Positions 9,047 through 17,563 of a stretch of DNA of 64,000 nt are shown here, one piece after another. Origin of the DNA: Candidatus Auribacter fodinae (lineage in GTDB: Bacteria > Auribacterota > Auribacteria > Auribacterales > Auribacteraceae); NCBI GenBank assembly GCA_003599815.1, contig QZJZ01000105.1, positions 7,174 through 71,173 of the forward strand, written 5' to 3'. The notes below the pieces were generated by a model. The model was not told where the DNA came from and searched no databases. It saw only the letters and a program-made list of their open reading frames with translations. Each line of letters begins with the position of its first letter. Position 1 is the first letter of the stretch. The position numbers and the translations under genes are program-made.

Positions 9047-9079
9047 AAAAAAAACGTGCCGAATACGCAATCCGGCACG
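9047..9079 (-). terminator. Rho-independent terminator (minus strand) after the 9108-9905 gene
   Basis: The hairpin cgtgccg-N10-cggcacg is followed on the minus strand by eight T residues. Confidence 0.4.
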
Positions 9080-9107
9080 CTCTATGTTAACCTACTTTAA
9101 TTCAGGA

Positions 9108-9905
9108 TTATAATTCAAAAACCAGACTCATACCGCCCCACGGAATAACATCCTCGTAATCGTATTCCTCTTTAAGCCCTTTGGTCATATGCAGAAAACC
9201 GGTGACCGCCATGTGCCTGCTGAGCGGCACTGTATAATCAACCCCGAAATCAATATGCGTCAGAAAGGTGTGGTCAACTCCTTTGCGGGAATTCATGCCC
9301 AACGCCATCGACGGCACCAGCGCACCATACTTCCCAAACTCAAAACCATGCGATATGCACCATTCAAAATAATATCCTTTTTCCTCGTGATAATCATAAT
9401 TCATGATAAACGTTGGGTTCAGGAATGTGTCAATCGCCACTTCCAGCCCGACTTCTTCGGAATCAGGCTCGCCTTCAGGGATATCCACATACGTCCACAT
9501 CGGCACCAGAGTAACCGGGCCCACGCAGAACTCAGCAAAAATGGTATGGTCGCGCTCTAGCGTCTCAGGTTTCGCGTCAGTAAACGAGGCGCTGAAAAAG
9601 TTGTAGCCAACCGCCACAACATCGCCAATCGGTATACTCGCAGTATATGACTGGTGGACGTTCCAGTCATGAGGAGCGGCATTCGCGCCCTCGTCTATCC
9701 AGTGGCTCATGAAAATAGCTTCAGCGGTGAAATCGATCGGAACCGCCTCGCCCGCAGTATCGAGCGCGTTGTCCACATCTTTCACGAACGGCAATCCGTA
9801 TGTGATGTAACCATCGTTATCACTGGGACACTCATCATCCGCTAAAACACCGTGCTGTCCGCAAAGCGACATTAATAGAACTGCACAAATTATGTTTTTC
9901 TTCAT
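9108..9905 (-). CDS. secreted/outer-membrane hypothetical protein
   Basis: The signal peptide MKKNIICAVLLMSLCGQHGVLA follows GGAGG. The protein is aromatic-rich with alternating beta-like segments and a C-terminal F-x-L. The start was trimmed from 9995. Confidence 0.45.
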   Translation of the reverse strand: MKKNIICAVLLMSLCGQHGVLADDECPSDNDGYITYGLPFVKDVDNALDTAGEAVPIDFTAEAIFMSHWIDEGANAAPHDWNVHQSYTASIPIGDVVAVGYNFFSASFTDAKPETLERDHTIFAEFCVGPVTLVPMWTYVDIPEGEPDSEEVGLEVAIDTFLNPTFIMNYDYHEEKGYYFEWCISHGFEFGKYGALVPSMALGMNSRKGVDHTFLTHIDFGVDYTVPLSRHMAVTGFLHMTKGLKEEYDYEDVIPWGGMSLVFEL

Positions 9906-10193
9906 TATTATCCTCCATACTTGTTTATGGTACTCCATTCTGCCTTTATTATAATAGGTAAAAAGAACCAATAAAATGAATACCTGCACATCCAAAATTT
10001 AATTTGTTACTCGTTTATACCGGCATATTGTTAGGATAGCCTAACTTTTATTGCGGGTCAATTGTTTTTTTACCAAAAAAATCGTTTTTTTATTTTGATA
10101 AAAAATATTCATGGAAATTTGACAACTCACACTTATCATGCTATTTAAATATATGAAGGAAAATTATATAACTGCGCACAACGAGGCTGATCG

Positions 10194-11261
10194 ATGAAAT
10201 ATTCCAGATTATTTGCCACCACACTTTTTTTAGCACTATGCACACTGTTCTCAAACACGTCATTTTCCGCTGAATGGTGGGATGCGGATTACGATTACAG
10301 GCAGGCTCTTGATATAACCACCGCCGGGTACGGGGTATCAGCGGATTACAGTACCAAAGTCACACTTGACCTTGGTTCATTGGTTACGGACGGTAAAATA
10401 CGAGCTGATTACAATGACGTGCGCGTAGTGTTCCATGACGGTACGACATATACAGAGCTTGACCGTCATATCCGCAACGGTTCGTCAGGCAGTGAAATAT
10501 GGTTTGCCATGCAGGAAGGGCAATCCGCGAATACGACTGTTACCGGGAAGTACTACCTTTATTACGGCAACACAGAAGCAACCTCCGCTCCGACAAATTA
10601 CAGTAACATTTACATGATGTATGACGGGTTCAGCGGCACTTCGCTGTCCAGCAACTGGCATGGATCGACCAGCAGTTATTCCGTGTCAAACGGATCTTTG
10701 GTTATACCAAACACAAACGGTGGCGGGCTGGTTATTTATACTGACGCTTACCAGCACAATAGCGTTCGCGAATATTCCCTGAAACTCACTGCGCTGAGCC
10801 CCGGACAGTTATATGTCCATACCCTTGCCGATACAACCGCGAATAACGATTGGGGTTCCGGCAACAGAGTGGTCCACGACGTTGACCCGGCAGGAACCGT
10901 GAATAACAATATCCGCGAAGCGCCGCTCCAATTTTACTGGACACACTCCACATCGCAATTTGAAGTGTTTCAGGATGTTTTTTATAACAACACGGAATGG
11001 TATTACGCAGGTTCCAGCTATGAGTCTCTGGCATTGAAAAGCACGGATGCTCCGACAAATACCATCGCGACCCGCACATTTAAGATCAACAGCCAGCATA
11101 CCAAGCAGGTGTGGTACATGGACTACGTATTGATCCGCGACTACGTCCCGGTTGAGCCGAGTGTCACTTTTATGAGTGAGGAGTCCAACCTGATTCCTGA
11201 GCCTGTTTCAATTATCTTGCTTGGCATCAGCGTATTATACCTTAAGATACGCCGCAGGTAA
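10194..11261 (+). CDS. DUF2341-domain protein with PEP-CTERM sorting signal
   Basis: The DUF2341 pattern is signal peptide, W..DYDYR..L.I, DVRVVFHDG..., EIWF..., YYLYYGN. The C-terminus is IPEP, a TM helix and RRR. Confidence 0.6.
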   Translation: MKYSRLFATTLFLALCTLFSNTSFSAEWWDADYDYRQALDITTAGYGVSADYSTKVTLDLGSLVTDGKIRADYNDVRVVFHDGTTYTELDRHIRNGSSGSEIWFAMQEGQSANTTVTGKYYLYYGNTEATSAPTNYSNIYMMYDGFSGTSLSSNWHGSTSSYSVSNGSLVIPNTNGGGLVIYTDAYQHNSVREYSLKLTALSPGQLYVHTLADTTANNDWGSGNRVVHDVDPAGTVNNNIREAPLQFYWTHSTSQFEVFQDVFYNNTEWYYAGSSYESLALKSTDAPTNTIATRTFKINSQHTKQVWYMDYVLIRDYVPVEPSVTFMSEESNLIPEPVSIILLGISVLYLKIRRR

Positions 11262-11807
11262 CAAAATCCTTTTATTAACCCCTGTTGCCGCCTACTTATA
11301 TCGTGAACTGCTTAACGATTTCGTCCAGCATTGCGGCCTGCCCGTTCAAATAATCAAACCGGGCAACACTGCCGATTAAATTTTCCTCAATTACAGCAAA
11401 GCAGAGAATAACTATGTTCCCGTTTTTCTGACAGTGACAACAGGAAATACGGTGCGGGGACATAACATAGTAAAGTCAATTTTGCCGCCATAGCACAGAA
11501 TTTCAATCAAATACTTTTATTTTTTATTCAGTAATATCTTTATAATCAAAAACATAATCATTTTTTTACTTTATTGAAACAATGAAAGAATAAAAACCAT
11601 ACCTTTACACTCATAAAATAAATTAATTATTTCTGTAACTCCGATGTTCTTCATATTGTTATAGATTCATCAAAATATATTTTTTTAATTTATTTTTTTA
11701 TTTGCAAACAATAACATATTTTTTATATAATATCATATTATAAGCTGTTTCTGGCTTCTCCAAAACGGAGAGATGACTACATAGATTGCAACAACAAGGA
11801 GGAAACC

Positions 11808-12542
11808 ATGAAAAGGCTGATTTTCATCACATGCATCATTCTTTCAATCGCTTCCATTGCCGGAGCCGACCCACTGGGCAAATACTACAAATGGTCGCAA
11901 TTCCCCGACATGGATGCGAGCGGGTATGATGTGCCTGATGTGCACCCAAACATTCTGGCTGACGATTTTCTGTGCGAAAACGGGCTGGACATCACAGACA
12001 TCCACTGGTGGGGATCATTAATCGGCTGGCAACAGGATCTCCCAATGCCTGATCCTGCGTTAGCGCCGCAACCTGACTTTTTCGATTTCAGTTTTCACAC
12101 AGATGTCCCTGCCGGGCCTAACAGTCCATACAGCCATCCCGGGGGATTGCTGGCAACTGACCAAGCATCAAAGGTGGAGTATACCGTCAATTATTTCGGT
12201 ACAATAGACCATGGCGGTATCTTCGAGCATGTATTCCAGTACAATTTCGACCTTCATCAGTACTGGCAACAACAGCAAGGCCAGATTTACTGGCTGGATA
12301 TTTCCGCTATTTACGCTCAACAGCCAATGTTTACATGGGGATGGCATACCGCTAAAACACAATGGAACGATTCAGCGGTCATGCTGGCGCCGGGTACACC
12401 GCAGGGATGGGCGCCAATAGACAGCGGCGAACCGCGCGACCTGGCATTTGAGTTGTCGACAGTTCCTGAACCGGGCGCAATGATCCTGTTCGGCATGGGC
12501 GGCTTTTTCTGGCTGGCTAAACGCATCAGGAAACACGTATAA
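11808..12542 (+). CDS. PEP-CTERM sorting-domain secreted protein
   Basis: It has a signal peptide and a C-terminal VPEPGAMILFGMGGFFWLAKRIRK. Confidence 0.6.
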   Translation: MKRLIFITCIILSIASIAGADPLGKYYKWSQFPDMDASGYDVPDVHPNILADDFLCENGLDITDIHWWGSLIGWQQDLPMPDPALAPQPDFFDFSFHTDVPAGPNSPYSHPGGLLATDQASKVEYTVNYFGTIDHGGIFEHVFQYNFDLHQYWQQQQGQIYWLDISAIYAQQPMFTWGWHTAKTQWNDSAVMLAPGTPQGWAPIDSGEPRDLAFELSTVPEPGAMILFGMGGFFWLAKRIRKHV

Positions 12543-12556
12543 TTTTTTATGAAAAT

Positions 12557-12594
12557 AATCCCCCGCTTTTCGCAATCAGCGGGGGATTATTTTG
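12557..12594 (+). terminator. Rho-independent terminator
   Basis: The stem aatcccccgc/gcgggggatt has a 12-nt loop and is followed by a TTATTTT run, immediately after the stop at 12542. Confidence 0.6.
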
Positions 12595-12717
12595 CCTGAA
12601 CACCCTGTTAAGCAGGCAGGGCAGGCTTTGTTTATCAGATCAATTGAGTAAATCCTCCCATAGAAATACATTTTCCCGGCTATTCCTGCCAAATTTGTTA
12701 ATAACACATATATACGG

Positions 12718-12746
12718 TTGACATAATTTTACAAATACTGTATAAA
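12718..12746 (+). promoter_or_regulatory. sigma70-like promoter (TTGACA-17-TATAAA)
   Basis: The match to consensus has ideal spacing. It lies about 22 bp upstream of repeat copy 1 and about 210 bp upstream of the 12958 ATG. Confidence 0.35.
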
Positions 12747-12767
12747 TTCTGCCTATTCTGAAACAAT

Positions 12768-12921
12768 TTGGGAGTGCTGAAAAAGATTCTAAGTTCCTCT
12801 TTTAAGATGTCATCACAAGGAGCGTTAGCGGCGTGGTGATCTTAAAATGAATAAAGCTGAGATTGCCACAGCCCCTTTGGGGCTTCGCAATGACATTCTC
12901 TTGTGACTTTTTCATCGTTCT
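12768..12921 (+). repeat. Novel ~150-bp intergenic repeat, copy 1
   Basis: It is 85-90% identical to the copies at 14744-14895 (inverted), 41218-41354 and 52573-52727. It ends 37 bp before the ATG at 12958. Confidence 0.65.
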
Positions 12922-12957
12922 AAATTTATATGATATACAACAGGACAGGAGCAATCC

Positions 12958-14559
12958 ATGCGATCAATAATACATCTGGCGTTATTACTGACACTCGCGG
13001 CAGTCATATTTTCAGGCTCGCTCAGGGCGGACGATACTATCAACTTGGACGGCAGTTATTTTTACGGGGGGTTCAGCAGTCATTCGCCATATCCGTACGA
13101 ACCGTACACAGCCATCGGTGACCAGTACATATCCGGTTCAAGCATGGTGCTGACGCTCAACTTCTCGGACGATCCGCCATCTCAAACGTTCCTGACAATC
13201 ACCAACACGTTTTATGACAGCGAAGGATGGCTCAACCTCATTGTAGAGCTCGATAACGAGACATATCACGAAATAGGGATAGCGAACGACTGGCTCGCCA
13301 TATTTGTTATGCGCGACCCGGGTGTGGATGAAATACTTGACATAACATACAGCCTCAAGAAAAAGACTGCGCCCACTATTGCGGAAATCGCGGGCGAGTA
13401 CTCTATTTTCGGGCATTATTCCGGCGTGGGCAGTGATGAAATGTGGAGTTCATCCATGAACGGCGCCGTCACTCTGGGGCTGGATGGTTCTCTCACATAC
13501 AGCGTTACACCTGATTTCGGCGACACGGAAACAGGGGCATCAACATACACTCTTAACGCCTCTACCTCCACCATATATGTAACAGGCGTCGGAGAATTCC
13601 TTATCGGCGAAGGCGGTATGTTAATGCGCTTTGACAGGGATGCTTCAGACAACGAACTTTTCTATGAAATTCTGGTAAAACGGTCGTCAGGGAAAACCCT
13701 GGCTGATTTTGAAGGGTGCTGGAAATTCCAGGCGTTCGCGGCAGGCGATAACACCAGAGCGCCTTACACCGCATGGGGGTTAGCGGTAGTTTTTAATGAC
13801 GGAACCTGCCTTGTATCCAACGACTACTACGGGTATACCAGCGAGACCGTATCTGCAGTCATTTCCGCTTCTGACAACGGGGTGTTTACGGTAACCAGCA
13901 ATCTCGGGTACGAATATACCGGCATACTGAGCCCGGCATCCGATGCGGCAATCATGCAGATCGCCATTGACGAACTCTACCACTCGGTAGGCACTGCCAT
14001 AAAGATACAGCTCGACCCGTCGGACGATAATGACAACGACGGCATCAGCAACAACATGGAATTCGCGCAAAAAATCAATCCTCTTAACCCTGATACCGAC
14101 TCAGACGGCATGCCCGACGGCTGGGAACTCGCGAATACCCTCAGCCCCCGCGATAACGACGCTGAATCCGACACTGACCTTGACGGGCTCACCGCTCTGC
14201 GGGAATACAGCCTCAACACCAACCCCAACAACGATGACTCCGATAACGACGGGTTTAAAGACGGCGACGAAATCACCGCAGGCACGAATCCGAATGACAA
14301 TATATCCTTTTTTACAATGGTTTACATCAATCCCCGGACAAACACCCTCTGCTGGGTAGGCGCAACTACTGCCAGCTACAGGATGTCATGGAAAGATTCA
14401 TTTGACGAGTTCTGGCATGAAGTAACGCTATCGTCGGACGAACTGGTGTTTCAGTCAGATACTGTATCATACACAGATAACGGCGACGACACTTCTGTTC
14501 CGGCAAGACTGCCTCTCAATGAAGCAAATAAACGATTATACAAAATTACCGCATACTAA
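12958..14559 (+). CDS. secreted protein with thrombospondin-type-3-like Ca-binding Asp-rich repeats
   Basis: It has a signal peptide and six or more DxDxDG(x)xD/N motifs (e.g. DPSDDNDNDGISN, DTDSDGMPDGWE, DDSDNDGFKDGDE) in the C-terminal third. Confidence 0.5.
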   Translation: MRSIIHLALLLTLAAVIFSGSLRADDTINLDGSYFYGGFSSHSPYPYEPYTAIGDQYISGSSMVLTLNFSDDPPSQTFLTITNTFYDSEGWLNLIVELDNETYHEIGIANDWLAIFVMRDPGVDEILDITYSLKKKTAPTIAEIAGEYSIFGHYSGVGSDEMWSSSMNGAVTLGLDGSLTYSVTPDFGDTETGASTYTLNASTSTIYVTGVGEFLIGEGGMLMRFDRDASDNELFYEILVKRSSGKTLADFEGCWKFQAFAAGDNTRAPYTAWGLAVVFNDGTCLVSNDYYGYTSETVSAVISASDNGVFTVTSNLGYEYTGILSPASDAAIMQIAIDELYHSVGTAIKIQLDPSDDNDNDGISNNMEFAQKINPLNPDTDSDGMPDGWELANTLSPRDNDAESDTDLDGLTALREYSLNTNPNNDDSDNDGFKDGDEITAGTNPNDNISFFTMVYINPRTNTLCWVGATTASYRMSWKDSFDEFWHEVTLSSDELVFQSDTVSYTDNGDDTSVPARLPLNEANKRLYKITAY

Positions 14560-14743
14560 CGCACATCATCCATCGGCACATAACTCTCACAGCGGCAAGA
14601 GCAGGCAATAATAAATATTTTATTGTTTTTATGTCAGGGCATTATTATTCGCTTGTGATGCATGATAACCGGTTTATTTCTATTTGCCTTCTTATTAAAC
14701 TGTGCTATTGTTACAGTATATTGATAACATCCAATTAAAATAT

Positions 14744-14895
14744 GGGACCGATGAAAAGTCACAAAAAAATGTCATTGCGAAGCCCGAAGTGTCTGCGGCA
14801 ATCTCAGCTCGATTCATTTTGAGATCACCACGCCGCTAACGATCCTCATGATGACAGCTTAAGGAGAAATTGATAGACTTTTTCAGCGCACCAAA
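14744..14895 (-). repeat. Novel ~150-bp intergenic repeat, copy 2 (inverted)
   Basis: This is the reverse-complement copy and the most divergent, with a 1-nt indel in the core. Its edge is 20 bp from the kinase ATG at 14916. Confidence 0.65.
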
Positions 14896-14915
14896 TATTT
14901 CTATCGGAGACCGGC

Positions 14916-17450
14916 ATGGAGTTGTATGGATATCTGATTAAATGTGAAGCGGTTCTATCCGCATTTCTCATTGTTTACCTGTTTTTCTTTCTTGTAAAGG
15001 TTCCTTTTTGCAAGCATCTCATTTCCGCCGCGGCTTTTTTTGTCCTTTTATTTGCATATAATGCCGCGTCAATTAAATTAAACTCACCTGTAAATGAAGG
15101 TACTCCATATTTCTGGCACAGGATACAGCTGGTATCGGTGCTTCTTGTTCCGGTGTCGCTCATCTGGTTTATTTACCGGTTTTCAAGTAACCTCGACTTA
15201 TACCGAAAAGCGAGTAAACTTTTAACGGTTTTGTTATGCCTGTCCGCTCTGTCTGCGATGCTCGTTCCCGGCAACGCGCTGTTTGCGAACCAGTCAGGTC
15301 AGGGGTCTGCATTCGGCTGGAATATACTGCTGTACGCCCTGATTATGCCTGTATTTGCATCATATTATTTCCTTATTTACGTCACCTTTTCCAAATCCGT
15401 ATATAAACGACAATTTATGCGCATATTATTCCTTTCGGCATTTTCAATGGTTGCCGCAGGATCGGCGGCGTACTTCGCGTTTCATCTCAGCGTGTTGACT
15501 GGAAACGCCTACTTTGAGTATTCCGCCGCCAGCATGTTCATTGTGGTCATGTTTCTTTTGACCGATCAATTTTCCTGTAATATACAGGGATCCGACCTGA
15601 AACGCAATGTTGAGCTTCAGTACAAACTGCTGATGGAAAACGTGCCCATTAAAATGTTTTATAAAAACACGCATTCCGTGTATGTATTTTGCAGTAAAAG
15701 TTTCGCCCGCTTGATGAATGTATCGCCTGCTGAAATCGCTGGTAAGACCGACTGCGATTTAATGCCGAAACACCTCGCTGAAAAATACCGCTCTGACGAC
15801 AGGCGGATTATGGCGGAAAAAACAACCGAGGAGTTTGATGATGAATTCCTTGAGGACGGGCAAATAAAAATAGCAAGAACCACTAAAACTGCCGTACTGA
15901 ATGAAAAAGGTGAAGTGATCGGTATCCTTGGATCTTTTATCGACGTCACCGAACGCCGGCAGGCAGAAAACCTGCTCAGAAACAGCAAACAGGAAATATC
16001 GCTCCTGCTCAATAACCTTCCAGGTATGGTATACAGATGCAAAAACGACCATTCATGGACAATGACATTTGTCAGTGATGGATGTAAAGACCTTACCGGA
16101 TACAGGAAAGAAGACCTGCTTGGTAACAATGCCGTCTCTTACAACGACATCACTCACCCCGATGACCGGAAGTATATTTGGGATACCATTCAGAAACACA
16201 AAGAAAAAAATGAGCCATACCAGCTCGTTTACCGGATAAAAACCGCTGGTGGAGAAGAAAAATGGGTGTGGGAAAGAGGTTGGTTCATATTTGACTCAAC
16301 AACCGGGAATTTCCTGTATCTGGAAGGGTTTATTACAGACATAACCGCACAGAAAAACACTGAGCAAAAACTGAAGGAAAGCGAACAAACACTGAGAACA
16401 ATCCTTCAAGCCGCTCCGATCGGGATAGGTTTAATCACCAACCGTATCTTTAAATGGGTAAACAATCGGATGGCACAGATGGTCGGGTACACCCCCGATG
16501 AACTTGTCAATAAAAACGCGCGAATGCTGTATCCATCAGAAGAAGAATACCTTCGCGTCGGAAGAGAAAAACACGCGGATGTACTGAAAACCGGGTTTGG
16601 TCAAATTGAGACTCAGATGGTTCATAAAGACGGGCATCTGCTCGATATCCTTCTAAGTTCAGCATCTCTCGTGCATGGCGATTTGTCCGCCGGAATGATA
16701 TTCACCATGAACGACATTACCGAACAAAAAAAGGCACAAGATCAATGCAATCTCCTTATTGATAAACTTGAGCGCCAGAACGCTGAACTGGAAAATTTCA
16801 CGTATACCGTGTCACACGATTTAAAAAGCCCGCTTATTACCATAGAAGGGTTCGTCGGGTTCCTGAAACGCAACCCGGCTGTCGCGAAAAACAAGGATGC
16901 GCATGAAATGCTGGTACGCATCACCAACGCGGCGAGCAAAATGCGTAAACTGCTCGATGATTTGCTGGAATTGTCGCGCATCGGCAGGCTGGTTAATCCT
17001 TCGGAAGAATGTTCTATGAATGCCATTGTAGACGAAGCCATTGAACTCACCTCAGGCAGGCTGTCATCGCACCGAGTAACTGTCTCCGTCGCGCCGGGAC
17101 TGCCCACCGTAACCTGTGACAGACAGCGCATGGTGCAGGTTATGGTCAACCTTATTGATAACGCGGCTAAATTTGCTGAAGGAGTTGAACACCCGCAAAT
17201 CACTATCGGGATGCGCAGTACAGGCAAAGAAAACATTATTTTTGTCAGCGACAATGGAATCGGCATTGAAAAACAGTATTTCGGAACGATCTTCGGGCTC
17301 TTCAATAAACTCAACAATGAAAGTGAAGGGACGGGCGTAGGGCTGTCTCTGGTAAAACGTATTATTGAATTCCACGGCGGCAAAATTTGGGTTGAGTCAG
17401 AAGGGATTGATAAAGGTTGCGAATTCTGTTTTACCCTGCCGTTCAAATAA
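14916..17450 (+). CDS. membrane-anchored multi-PAS sensor histidine kinase
   Basis: It has about six N-terminal TM helices, three PAS/PAC-like segments, a HisKA domain (TVSHDLKSPL) and an HATPase_c domain (GTGVGLSLVKRII). Confidence 0.8.
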   Translation: MELYGYLIKCEAVLSAFLIVYLFFFLVKVPFCKHLISAAAFFVLLFAYNAASIKLNSPVNEGTPYFWHRIQLVSVLLVPVSLIWFIYRFSSNLDLYRKASKLLTVLLCLSALSAMLVPGNALFANQSGQGSAFGWNILLYALIMPVFASYYFLIYVTFSKSVYKRQFMRILFLSAFSMVAAGSAAYFAFHLSVLTGNAYFEYSAASMFIVVMFLLTDQFSCNIQGSDLKRNVELQYKLLMENVPIKMFYKNTHSVYVFCSKSFARLMNVSPAEIAGKTDCDLMPKHLAEKYRSDDRRIMAEKTTEEFDDEFLEDGQIKIARTTKTAVLNEKGEVIGILGSFIDVTERRQAENLLRNSKQEISLLLNNLPGMVYRCKNDHSWTMTFVSDGCKDLTGYRKEDLLGNNAVSYNDITHPDDRKYIWDTIQKHKEKNEPYQLVYRIKTAGGEEKWVWERGWFIFDSTTGNFLYLEGFITDITAQKNTEQKLKESEQTLRTILQAAPIGIGLITNRIFKWVNNRMAQMVGYTPDELVNKNARMLYPSEEEYLRVGREKHADVLKTGFGQIETQMVHKDGHLLDILLSSASLVHGDLSAGMIFTMNDITEQKKAQDQCNLLIDKLERQNAELENFTYTVSHDLKSPLITIEGFVGFLKRNPAVAKNKDAHEMLVRITNAASKMRKLLDDLLELSRIGRLVNPSEECSMNAIVDEAIELTSGRLSSHRVTVSVAPGLPTVTCDRQRMVQVMVNLIDNAAKFAEGVEHPQITIGMRSTGKENIIFVSDNGIGIEKQYFGTIFGLFNKLNNESEGTGVGLSLVKRIIEFHGGKIWVESEGIDKGCEFCFTLPFK

Positions 17451-17563
17451 GATCAGCCGGATACTCCTAACCTGTTCTTGTCTGAACTTTCATAAAATAG
17501 TATACTTAATTCCGTTTTTTCCGAAATATAACTAGGGGAAACATTCATAACAGGTTCATATAT

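Noticed and set aside
9996-10193. Palindrome GTTAGGATAGCCTAAC upstream of the DUF2341 gene
   Set aside because: It is a single 6-bp-arm palindrome with no repeats elsewhere in the window. It could be a TF site but the evidence is too thin.
12848-12925. TPP-riboswitch-like CTGAGA motif inside the repeat family
   Set aside because: The element lacks the other obligate THI-box elements (GGGGTGCC upstream, ACCC...GAACCTGATC downstream). One copy is inverted relative to the downstream gene.
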